Positions 43,830 through 54,796 of a stretch of DNA of 64,000 bases are shown here, piece after piece. Numbering within the stretch: position 1 is the stretch's first letter; every line of letters starts with the position of its first letter. The stretch is from Macrostomum lignano (Eukaryota), in assembly GCA_002269645.1 (NCBI GenBank), contig NIVC01002238.1, positions 1-64,000 on the forward strand, written 5' to 3'. Both the position numbers and the translations under genes were made by a program. The notes under the pieces are model-generated. The model was given only the letters and a program-made list of their open reading frames with translations. It searched no databases and had not been told where the DNA came from.

Positions 43830-44150
43830 ATGGAGGTTAGAAATGGGCCCTTTTTTAACAGCTAATCAGCGCCGAGTGAGGGGTAGAAGTGGATTATCAG
43901 GACAGACAGACTAATGAGGGTTAGAAATGGGCCATTTTGCAACAGCCAATCAGGGAAGAGTGAGGGGTAGCAGTTGATTTATCAGGACAGATTTATCAGG
44001 GTTAGAAATATGCCAGTTTGCAACAGCCAATCAGAACAGAGTGAGGGTAGCAGTTTATTTATCAGGACGGGCAGTCCAATAAGTGCTACATATTGGCCAT
44101 TTTGAAACAGCCAATCAGCGCAGAGTGAGGGGTAGGAGTTTTTTATTTCG
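43830..44150. repeat. Degenerate ~80-85-bp repeat just downstream of the ABCG stop
   Basis: ACAGC(C/T)AATCAG..GAGTGAGGG..TTATCAGGAC recurs four times. Confidence 0.75.
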
Positions 44151-44158
44151 AAGCTCCG

Positions 44159-44369
44159 CTAAACTTTCCGACAGAAGCGCAGGATCACGTAGCCCAGCAG
44201 GCGAAAGGCGAAGAACATACAGACAGTGACGATAATGTTGGCCCACACAGGCAAGATGGTGTCGGGCTGCAGTTCGAGAATCACTGAGCCCGGAATGGTG
44301 AGCGGTGCTGTGCTGTTTCCTGCGGTGCTGTTCCTATTGCACACCGCATAGAGGCTGGGCTCGCCGCAT
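44159..44369 (-). CDS. ABCG: ABCG exon 9 (TM6, stop)
   Basis: AACAG|A; [11 protein letters not shown]; TAG at 44159-44161. Confidence 0.9.
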
Positions 44370-47300
44370 CTGTTTAATAAATTTGATGATGGCGAGATTG
44401 GTATAAAATTATTTGCAGAAGCTAGGGTTGCGGGCAACCTGGAGCAACGCCTTCAGGCGACATCGCCCCACAACCAGCTCTGAAAGCAGTTCTACTCATT
44501 CCGCTGACTCCTACAGCTCACCGAAAATCGTCCGTCCTCTCCAGTATGATTATGAGACCGAAGTGATAGCAGTAGCGAATATAGGACAGGTATTTGGCCC
44601 AGTCGAACCAGAACGGGATGCTTTTAGTGAAGAATCCGCCTGTGCAATGTTGGTTGCGGGTTTTGCTTCTAATCTGGGAGGCTGCGGGTCATTGCCAACT
44701 GGAGTGCGCTAACTGACACAATTTTGAGAAACCTACTCACCAGTCAGAAAGCAGAAAATCATGTAGATGAAGGCAAAGGTCATGTTCGTTCTCGGATTGG
44801 TGGACAGGAGGCTGAAGACGATTCCGATGCCCTACAGTGAATTTGGCGACAGGAAAACCTTTTTCACTACTGAGGAGTAGACTGTAAGTGAATTTCTCAG
44901 CTTTGAAGTGTCCGTCTTTGTGTCTGTCTTTGTGTCTCATTGTCTCGGTGTCTTTGTGTTTGTCTTTGTGTCTCATTATCTCGGTGTCTTTGTGTTTGTG
45001 TCTTTGTCTGTGTCTTTGTGTCTCAGTGTCAGTGTCTTTGTCCTTGTGTCTCGGTATCTTTGTGTCTCGGTGTCTTTGTGTCTCGGTGTCTTTGTGTCTC
45101 GGTGTCTTTGTGTCTCGGTGTCTTTGTGTCTCGGTGTCTTTGTGTCTCGGTGTCTTTGGGTCTCGGTGTCTTTGTGTCTCGGTGTCTTTGTGTCTCGGTG
45201 TCTTTGTGTCTCGGTGTCTTTGTGTCTCGGTGTCTTTGTGTCTCGGTGTCTTTGTGTCTCGGTGTCTTTGGGTCTCGGTGTCTTTGTGTCTCGGTGTCTT
45301 TGTGTCTCGGTGTCTTTGTGTCTCGGTGTCTTTGTGTCTCGGTGTCTTTGTGTCTCGGTGTCTTTGTGTCTCGGTGTCTTTGTGTCTCGGTGTCTTTGTG
45401 TCTCGGTGTCTTTGTGTCTCGGTGTCTTTGTGTCTCGGTGTCTTTGGGTCTCGGTGTCTTTGTGTCTCGGTGTCTTTGTGTCTCGGTGTCTTTGTGTCTC
45501 GGTGTCTTTGTGTCTCGGTGTCTTTGTGTCTCGGTGTCTTTGTGTCTCGGTGTCTTTGTGTCTCGGTGTCTTTGTGTCTCGGTGTCTTTGTGTCTCGGTG
45601 TCTTTGTGTCTCGGTGTCTTTGTGTCTCGGTGTCTTTGTGTCTCGGTGTCTTTGTGTCTCGGTGTCTTTGTGTCTCGGTGTCTTTGTGTCTCGGTGTCTT
45701 TGTGTCTCGGTGTCTTTGTGTCTCGGTGTCTTTGTGTCTCGGTGTCTTTGTGTCTCGGTGTCTTTGTGTCTCGGTGTCTTTCGGTGTCTTTGTTTCGCGG
45801 TGGCTGTGTTTTTGTGTCTATGTGTCTTTGTGTTTCAGTGTCTCGGTATCTTTGTGTTTGTGTCTTTGTGTCTCATTGTCTCGGTGTCTGTGTTTGTGTA
45901 CCCGTGCCTCGGTATATTCAGTTAGTTCGCAAGGGGAGGGGTGTGGGCGCTGCCGCAGATCAAGGCCACTGTCAGCGCGGACCCAGCGAGAAGGCAAATC
46001 AGTCGATGCCCTGACTTTCTAATCGCCAGACATGTACAACTCTCTGTGCCTTGAGGGGTTGGCCCTCTCGGACACGAATCGCACGACAAGAGCCTCGACC
46101 TATTCGAACCCAGAGACTTTGACACGCTGGCCGCTGAGCTACCCCGCCAGCCGGAGCTCACCTGCGAGGCCAGGCTATTCAAGGTGATGACCACTAGGAA
46201 GGCCGCGAAAGCGCCAAAGTCGGCAAAGCCAACGCACCAATAAGCTGGCGCGATGATGAAGATGGGCACCACCAGCAGCAGCGGGATCTCCACCACCATC
46301 TTGGCCAGGTAGTAAGCGCCAATGCGGTACATGCCGGACTTGCGCTCGTGCCTCACTATGGCCAAGTCGGCGTAGACTGCCAGGAATGCGAACGGGGAGC
46401 GATAATGGAGGAAAAGGTCACACGAGGTCGCGCGGGATATCTTGGGAATAGAGAAGAATGCTATTTTTATAGAACTGACTTACACGTCATTATGGCTTCG
46501 AAGAACGGTGCAAAAGTTACGTAGCTTGTTAGGAAGAAAATCTGGAGTTTAAGTAAAATTTCAGCAGATGTACATGATTATTATTAAATAGCGATCCCGG
46601 CTTAAATTCCAACGTTGAAGCTCCAATCCCAGACTCCAGATTCAAATCCCAGATCCCAAATCCTATGAAAAGTCCGATTTCGGATCCCAGATCCCAGATC
46701 TCCCACTAAAAGTCAGATCCCAAATCTGAAATCCCTGATCCCCCATTAAAATTCAGATCCCAGATCCCAAATTCCCCAACAGAAGTTAGATCCCAAATCC
46801 CTGAACCCAAATCCTACAAAAGAAGTCAAATCCCAGATCCCCCACTAGAAGTCAGATCCCAGATCCCAAATCCCCCACTAGAAGTCGGATCCCAGATCCC
46901 CCACTAGAAGTCAGATCCCAAATCCCAAATCCTCACTAAAAGTCAGATCCCAGATCCCCCACTAGAAGTCAGATCCCAGATCCTCCACTAGAAGTCAGAT
47001 CCCAAATCCTCCACTAGAAGTCAGATCCCAAATCCTCCACTAGAAGTCAGATCCCAGATCCCCCACTAGAAGTCAGATCTCAAATCCCCCACTAGAAGTC
47101 AGATCCCAGATCCCAAATCCTCCATTAGAAGTCAGATCCCAGATCCCCCACTAGAAGTCAGATCCCAGATCCCAGATCTCCCACTAGAAGTCAGATCCCA
47201 GATCCCCCACTAGAAGTCAAATCCCGTTAACGGCTCACCGCAGAAATAAAATCGGCAATGTTATTCTCTGTCTTGGCCACCTGGAACCACAGCACGCTAA

Positions 47301-50195
47301 CAATGAAGGCCACAAAGGCGGTCTGTACCAGCACCTGCACAGACAGGATGGCTTCCCGGGAAACCAGGAAGCCGCGATAGCTCAGCGCTAGGAATTGAGT
47401 CCACCAGCTGACTTCATGCACCAGGTGAACGCCTTCAGAGTCGTCCTGCAGTTTTGCCGCCGCCGCCTGCGGAGAGAAATCCGGACTGGTGAACCGGATG
47501 CGCACCGAGCCCTCGTCCAGACCTGCCAATCCGTTCTGCCTGGAACCGGCATCGGCCTGGTAGGACAGGTTCAGGTGCACCTGGGAAGCGCTGGCCGATG
47601 CCAGCTGCTGCTGTTCCTGCTTGGCCCGCTCCGCGAACTGCCTGCCGTTCTCAAGGATGTGCGCCTTGTGCTGGGAGCTCTCCTTCACCACCTCCACTGC
47701 GGGTTCAAGATGCTCGATTGAGTGCTAACTGACACTCAGTTTGGCAACCCACCCTTGACAACCCCTGACATCCGGTTAGGTAAATCTAAGTACACGTGAC
47801 AGTTTCTCGCCCTCTCCTGCTCCCAAAAGCAGACAACCTGGTGACAGCTAATTAATTATGCAATGCTAATTAGAGATCGCGCATAAACTCACGCATGAAG
47901 TCGGCCGCATTCCAGTGCTTGTGGAACGGCACTCCGATGCCCTCAAAGTACTCCACCATCAGCTCCCGCCTACCCGAGTAGGCGATCTGCCCGTCTGCCA
48001 GCAGGAGCAGTTCGTGAAACTCGTGAAACGTCTGCGACGACGGCTGGTGAATACTGGTGACCACGATGCTGCTCTGCTCAACCACCCAGCGGCCAAGGAT
48101 CTCCATCAGTTTGAGCGCTAGGCTGGAGTCCAAGCCGGAGGTCGGCTCGTCCAGCAGTAGCACCTTGGGATTGCGCAGCAACTCGCAGGCGATGTTTGCT
48201 CGCTTTTTCTCACCGCCTGAGAGGCCCTGATCTGACATGCCGCCGATCTCTGCGGGGGATATGGGAAAGGGCGTCACTAAGACTACCAAGGTCAGTGCCC
48301 TTGGAGATTCCTTTGCATTTCTATTTTTAGCTCAATTTGACTCTTTAAGTTATCGGCTAACGTGACACTTAGCGAGACTTCACTTTCCCCGAAACTTGAC
48401 TTGGTCACCCAGAAATTAATCGTTCTCCCAATAAACTCTGCTAGTTAGACATCGCGGACAGCCTCACTTGTATCGAGGCACTTAGTCAACTGCAGTAGTT
48501 CAACGACTTCGTTAACTCGTTTCTCCTTGTCTTTGGCGGTCATTGAGCTGGGCAGCTTCACCTGGGAGAAAAACTGAAATCAGACAAGGGTAACGAAAAG
48601 TGATTTAGGCAATCACTAATCAATGTTCGAATTTCAGGTGTTTATCTCTAAACAGAGATCTCATCATTTAAGCATTAATTCCCAATTAGAGATCCCATTA
48701 GCCAGGTATAAATCACTACGAGTAATTAGACCTAATACCTAATTAGAGATCCCCATCATCAAGGTATTAATACCTAATTAGAGATCCCATCATCCAGGTA
48801 TTAATACCTAATTAGAGATCCCATCATCCAGGTATTGATCCCGAATTAGAGATCCCATAATATCGACAGTTGAACAAACCCAAAGAGTCTGCTTGAGTGT
48901 GAGCTGACTAAAAAAGACGTCCTCCTGAGTAACGTAGCCAAAGCTTTTCCTCATCCGGGAAGTGACTTTTCGATTATTGAGCAGAATTTCACCGTCCATG
49001 GTTGAGGAGGGCGGCCTCCTGCCGCAGATGAGGTTCATGAGGCTGGTCTTGCCGGAGCCTGCATGGGGATTCGTTTTTTATTGAGAAATTAATTTAGTTA
49101 CTGTTGAAGTTTTTGCCATGCTACTTAGTTACTTAGCGTATATTTTATTGATCCTGGTCTTGGACGTGGTCCCCCCGTGGTCCGTCGGTTGATACGCGAT
49201 ATTCTCACGTGTGATCTTCATTAGACTGGTATTCTCACGTGTGATCTTCTCTAGACTGGTATTCTCACGTGTGATCTCTAGACTGGTACTCTCACGTGTG
49301 ATCTTCTCTAGACTGGTATTCTCACGTGTGATCTTCTCTAGACTGCATGGTATTCTCACATGTGATCTTCTCTAGACTGGTATTCTCACTTGTGATCTTT
49401 TCTAGACTGGTATTCTCACGTGTGATCTTCTCTAGACTGGTATTCTCACGTGTGATCTTCTCTAGACTGGTATTCTCACGTGTGATCTTCTCTAGACTGG
49501 TATTCTCACTTGTGATCTTTTCTAGACTGGTATTCTCACGTGTGATCTTCTCTAGACTGGTATTCTCACTTGTGATCTTCTCTAGACTGGTATTCTCAAC
49601 ATTTGATCTTCTCTAGACTGGTATTCTCACATGTGATCTTCTCTAGACTGGTATTCTCACATGTGATCTTCTCTAGACTGGTATTCTCAACATGTGATCT
49701 TCTCTAGACTGGTATTCTCACGTGTGATCTTCATTAGACTGGTATTCTCATGTGTGATAATCTCTGGATTGATATTACTCAGGTGTGATCTCTAGACTGG
49801 TATTCTCACATCTGATCTTCTCTAGACTGGTATTCTCACGCGTGATCTTCTCTGGAGTTATATTCACAGGTGTGATAATCTCTGGACTGATATTCACAGG
49901 TGTGATAATCTCTGCACTGATATTCTCAGGTGTGATTATCTCTGGACTGATATTCGCAGGTGTGATCAGTTTCTAAGCTTGCTTATGTTAATTCTGTAAA
50001 TTAGCATTGGATTTTAAAGATAATAACAATTCAGTCTCACTAACCACTGGGTCCCATAACGGCCAGCATAGATCCAGACTTGGCCGTCAGGTGTACATTG
50101 TGCAGAATCTGCCGTCCACCCTCCACAGTCAGATTGACTCCGCGCACAGTGAGAACTTGTTGCTGTTGCTGCTGCTGCAAGGTTTCTTGCGTCAT
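44159..50195 (-). CDS. ABCG: ABCG (white-like) half transporter; complement(join(44159..44369,44522..44639,44741..44831,46162..46440,47239..47696,47893..48249,48468..48573,48880..49058,50045..50195)), about 649 aa
   Basis: Walker A GPSGSGKTS across exons 1-2, Q-loop GYVTQED, signature LSGGEKKR, Walker [14 protein letters not shown]-loop SIHQP; TM domain with [16 protein letters not shown] and [19 protein letters not shown]. Phases consistent; the exon 6 acceptor (46440 vs 46460) is the least certain. Confidence 0.92.
44522..44639 (-). CDS. ABCG: ABCG exon 8 ([22 protein letters not shown])
   Basis: GCACAG|GC; CG|GTGAGC. Confidence 0.9.
44741..44831 (-). CDS. ABCG: ABCG exon 7 ([19 protein letters not shown])
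   Basis: CTGTAG|GGC; G|GTGAGT. Confidence 0.88.
44910..45900. repeat. 16-bp minisatellite (TCTCGGTGTCTTTGTG) in ABCG intron 6
   Basis: About 45 near-perfect copies plus degenerate flanks. Confidence 0.96.
46162..46440 (-). CDS. ABCG: ABCG exon 6
   Basis: TM2-4; donor CAG|GTGAGC. Confidence 0.8.
46625..47225. repeat. 26/33-bp minisatellite (ACTAGAAGTCAGATCCCAGATCCCCC) in ABCG intron 5
   Basis: Built on an AGATCCC/AAATCCC heptamer. Confidence 0.92.
47239..47696 (-). CDS. ABCG: ABCG exon 5
   Basis: Linker, [15 protein letters not shown]1. Confidence 0.9.
47893..48249 (-). CDS. ABCG: ABCG exon 4
   Basis: Signature, Walker B, H-loop. Confidence 0.95.
48468..48573 (-). CDS. ABCG: ABCG exon 3
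   Basis: [25 protein letters not shown]. Confidence 0.9.
48680..48862. repeat. ~34-bp repeat (TAATTAGAGATCCCATCATCCAGGTATTAATACC) in ABCG intron 2
   Basis: About 5 copies. Confidence 0.85.
48880..49058 (-). CDS. ABCG: ABCG exon 2
   Basis: [16 protein letters not shown]. Confidence 0.92.
49195..49970. repeat. 30-bp minisatellite (GTATTCTCACGTGTGATCTTCTCTAGACTG) in ABCG intron 1
   Basis: About 26 copies. Confidence 0.95.
50045..50195 (-). CDS. ABCG: ABCG exon 1 ([30 protein letters not shown])
   Basis: ATG at 50195; G|GTTAGT donor, phase 1. Confidence 0.88.
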
Positions 50196-51904
50196 TTTTA
50201 ATCGTAATAGCGGCAGATTAACAAGTGAATTCTATTTAGTCTCTATGCCCTTTTATATTCTCCGTTTGACCTTGGCAGTTCTTTTTATAAAAAAATAGGG
50301 TGTATTCTGAGGTTGGTGTCAGAGGAATGAATTAATTTGCTTGCGTCAAGCTAAAGAACGTTGGTTGCGACAATATTGTGCAATGATTTTATTCACACTC
50401 GGCAGACAATGCAAAATAGGGATTGCCCTTCTCCTGCCCACTGAGTCAGTGCAGTCTAGTTGTTTTCTTTGCATAAACAGGCTTGCGCGGCCATCCATCC
50501 TTATCAAGACAATGTACACTGGTGAATGTACATAGGCTTCGACGAGGGGCGGTCGGTTGGGGAAGAGAAGGGAAGGAAAGGAGAGGGTTTAAAGGACACG
50601 ACGAGAGATGGACCTATTTTTGTCTACTTGAGCGGGCAGAGGGCTCGCAGTGCGTTATCTTAGACTTAGACTGTAAGATTAATAAGACTGTAAGACTTAG
50701 ACGTTATCTTGAACTTGACCAATTGCGTGCGTATTTACTACTCTATAACTTTATGACGGGTAACACGGGTGAAATTGTGTAAATGGCTACGCTATATGGT
50801 GAAAGATAATTAGTCATTCATTAATTTATTGAACTTGCTTGAACTGAACTAAGCAAAGTAGTGCAGCCCGCGGGCAGAGTCATTAATAGCGTAGGCAAGT
50901 CGAACAGTAGGGCCAGGAGTTGATTAACTGTGGCAGCTCAGTGTACGCATACTGATAATACGTACATAAAATATTGTAGATAACAAACTAGCTTCAAGCC
51001 ATCAAGCTACTATTAGTAGAACAGTGCAGAAATAAAATACATTCAGTCGGATAATAAAAATACAGCATTATTTTTCATATTCCTTTTTGCCGGCACTTGT
51101 ACAACTACAACCCAAAACTGACTGTTTCGGTTCTTAAAAAGGTTCTTTTATTAAGGGCTTCGATAAAAAATCCCCGCAGGAGATTTCCTTGATGGGGATT
51201 TTCCTAAAGGGATTTCCCCACAGGGATTTCCCCACATGGATCTCCCGACAGGGATTTCAAGCACGAACTGCACAACTGAGTGGTTGCTCTGAAATCTAAA
51301 TATACTTTATTAGTCTAAAAATCAATTGAATTGAATTGGATTGAATGTATGCAAGTCAAATAGAAATATGCGAGATATTTTAATCACTAATCCCAAACTA
51401 TAACAAAAATGTTTTGACTCACGCAATCCGTCCGGCGAGAGAAGCTCCAGTGGGAAATTTCGCTGAAAGGAGAAATGAACTCAAATTATTAGGCTTTGAG
51501 TTACGTTCAAACTCCCAACAGGCACTGAAGTCAAGTGTTTGAATGGATTGCATCATTCACAAGCAAAGTGCAAGCTGCATAATTAAGGCAACTGTGATAA
51601 ATAAAATTTCAATAAAATATGGAAATTTCTCCCAGTTATGCAGCTCTCCCAAGCTGGGGCTAATGAAGCTGCTCTCCATCCCGCTCTCCAACCCGCACAA
51701 TGACAGCTGCGTGAATGCCTGACTGACCAGAGCGCAGGCTGGGGATCGATATGACCGCTCAGTACCTTCCCCATCTATCCTTCCAGGACCCGGTCAATCA
51801 GCATTTAGATAAAAGAGCTCTTATCTTGTTTAGACAGAATTTCGTATTAGTTAGGATGAGCGCAATGCACTGAATGAAGTTCGATTCAGTGCCTACTGTA
51901 CTCC

Positions 51905-52190
51905 GGCTGCATAGCAACCCACTGCGTAGAAACCCACAGCATAGCAACCAGCAGCTTAGCAACCAACAGCATAGCAACCGATGGAATATATAGCAACAAA
52001 CAGCATAGCAACCAACGGCTTAGCAACCAACAGCATAGCATCCAATGGCATATATAGCAAGCAACAGCATAGCAACCAACAACTTAGCAACCAAAGACAT
52101 AGCAACCAACAGCATAGCAACCAACAGCTTAGCAGCCAACAACCTAGCAACCAACAGCATAGCAACCAAAAGCATAGCAACTGAAAACAA
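51905..52190. repeat. 15-bp minisatellite (AGCAACCAACAGCAT)
   Basis: Degenerate tandem copies. Confidence 0.88.
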
Positions 52191-52677
52191 CCGAATGCCT
52201 AGCAGTGATCATCATAGCAATCAACAGCAAAGCAACCAGAAGCAATTTCAACAGCAATTGTTTCAAAGTAAGAAGCCATGCAGACTTCCAAAAAGCAAAA
52301 GTGCGTTGAATAAAAATAGACCATGAGATTTGCGAATCCCGCACAATGCATCCGATTAAACGAATCGCAAAGTTGACTTGTCGAATCCATCAAGGTTCAT
52401 TAAAGTTTCACGAGCGCTCCCTGAAGTGCTTTGGATTTCTGAGACATTTTAGTCTGGGACTGGGAGCTTGAGAAAAGCAAATCAATGTTTTGCTTCAGTC
52501 CCGACTGGCTACTTGAACTGAGGCAGAGCAGGAGACAGATACCATTGCATCGTTAATAAATAATTGTTTAATTAGAGTATCTGCAATTGTATTGAAATCC
52601 GTGCATACACTGTAGGCTGAGCACCAGCTTCAAAACTTTGGTACTGTCAGCTGCCCTTCCCTATAAGGTGCCAAATT

Positions 52678-52872
52678 GGGTGTCAGGGGAGGCTGAGTCC
52701 GCTGTCAGGGGGGAGGCTGAATCCGGTGTCAGGGGAGACTGAGTCCGGTGTCAGGGGAGGCTGAATCCGGTGTCAGGAGAGGCTGAGTCCGGTGTCAGGG
52801 GAGGCTGAGTCCGGGGTCAGGGGAGGCTGAATCCGGTGTCAGGGGAGGCTGAGTCCGGTGTCAGGGGAAGCT
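52678..52872. repeat. 22-bp minisatellite (GTCAGGGGAGGCTGAGTCCGGT)
   Basis: About 9 copies. Confidence 0.92.
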
Positions 52873-53493
52873 GTGTGTTTAGTGTGAGATGTACTCACAG
52901 ATAAATCAGGCTAGTTTTACATGAAGTACAAAAAGCAAATCTTTGCTAAATCTGTTTAAAAAACACAACATTGGTTTGTCGCTCATATTTTTCATATTTT
53001 CAAATATTTTTTCAAGCGTTTTCTTCATAAAATGTTGAGTGCACCGGTCTAACGAAACACTTTCTTGCTTTATTTGGAATTCAGTGCCAAAAAAACTGAA
53101 ATTGCTATCTGGAAAATTTTGCTTTGTTCACCCATTATCCTTCAGATGCTTATATCTGAGAATAAGCAGAATTACAATCGTCTAGAGCTAATTCCAGCTG
53201 ACAAAATTCGTCAACAATTCCTTTGCTTTCTTTGGTGTATCCATTGAGTCTGCCATGGATACAATGTTATCGCGTTGTAATTGATCTCCGTTCTAATAAT
53301 ATAGCAATTATAGCCATCCATTGAGAAAACAAGACAGAAAATATGACCGCCCAAGTCGGCAAAAAACAGGCAAAACTGCAATCCGCCAGTGATTTTCTTG
53401 TTTTAATCGCCAACTGTATATAAAGCTTGCTGGAGCTTCAACATCGCATTGTTAAAAGTACTTTTTCTTCAAGAAGAGAAAGCAGCGCCATGT

Positions 53494-53844
53494 TCATCCA
53501 ATCGGGCAGGCTCTGTAGTCATTCAGTCGGCACCTCTTGCTGAACCGCGGCAGAATCAGCGGCTGTTGCGGCGGCTGCGGCTGCACCTCCTCGAAGCCAA
53601 AGTCGGTACCAAGCAGCGGCTCTTCTGGCCAGTCAGGCGGCGGAGGCGGAGGCTGCACTAGTTCGTCATCTTCAACGCCTGCCAGTTGGGTTAGAGATCT
53701 TATTGCAGATCTTTTGAATATCTAAAGGTGCTCTAAAAAGTACTCACCGAATTCCTGGGGCCATCGTAGCGGGCCGGCCATAGCGGCTCCAGCAACACAG
53801 AGCAGCGCGGTTAGCAACAGGGCGGCTGGCTGATGCCTCATCAT
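53494..53844 (-). CDS. Secreted neuropeptide precursor, vasopressin/oxytocin-like tail; complement(join(53494..53678,53748..53844)), 93 aa; predicted mature peptide CRLNDYRACPIG
   Basis: MMRHQPAALLLTALLCVAGAAMA signal peptide, acidic Pro-rich spacer, KR site, 2-Cys peptide, C-terminal Gly, TGA. 69-nt intron with G|GTGAGT donor, CTAAC branch point and GCAG acceptor; AATAAA on minus strand at 53069-53074. Confidence 0.88.
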
Positions 53845-53934
53845 TAGCCGCCAGCGGTTTATCTAGTATTAGGTAACTGTAGAATATAGAAACCTAGACT
53901 CCTTATCGTCAGTGAGGACCTGAGCTCGAACTGA

Positions 53935-53995
53935 GGCATTTAAATGAGGCGGGAATGTAGCTTGTGCTTCCCCTGTCAGCTCAGCTGTGATTGGT
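53935..53995 (-). promoter_or_regulatory. Putative proximal promoter of the neuropeptide gene
   Basis: CCAAT (53990-53994), GC-box-like CCCGCCTC (53947-53954) and TTTAAA (53939-53944) about 100-150 nt upstream of the ATG. Confidence 0.4.
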
Positions 53996-54024
53996 CTAGA
54001 GCGGCATGATGTCTGCTGGTTAGC

Positions 54025-54506
<482 letters not shown>

Positions 54507-54796
54507 ACACACGAATATCTCTCTCAACTGTTCTATTTTTAGACCTCACCCAAGCCTGTCCCACTGTCCCCCGCTAGCGCTACTCAAACGCACAATGGGG
54601 CACACAATAGTGACTCAGACAGCCCCAGTCGGCCCCAGCTGACCCGCCGCGCCAATCCAGGATTTGAGCACGGCCATCCGTATCTGTGATTTCTGCTTCT
54701 TCAAAGTAAAGAAGGCGCAACTAGCTAAGATATGAAGCTTAAAGAGGCCACTTGGCAAAGCAGAGATAGCAAATCGTGGCCAATTGAAGAAGAAAA

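Noticed and set aside
44888-46022. Cys/Val/Ser-rich 345-368 aa ORFs; also [27 protein letters not shown] ORFs elsewhere
   Set aside because: Open in several frames because the repeat units lack stops; no non-repeat coding content.
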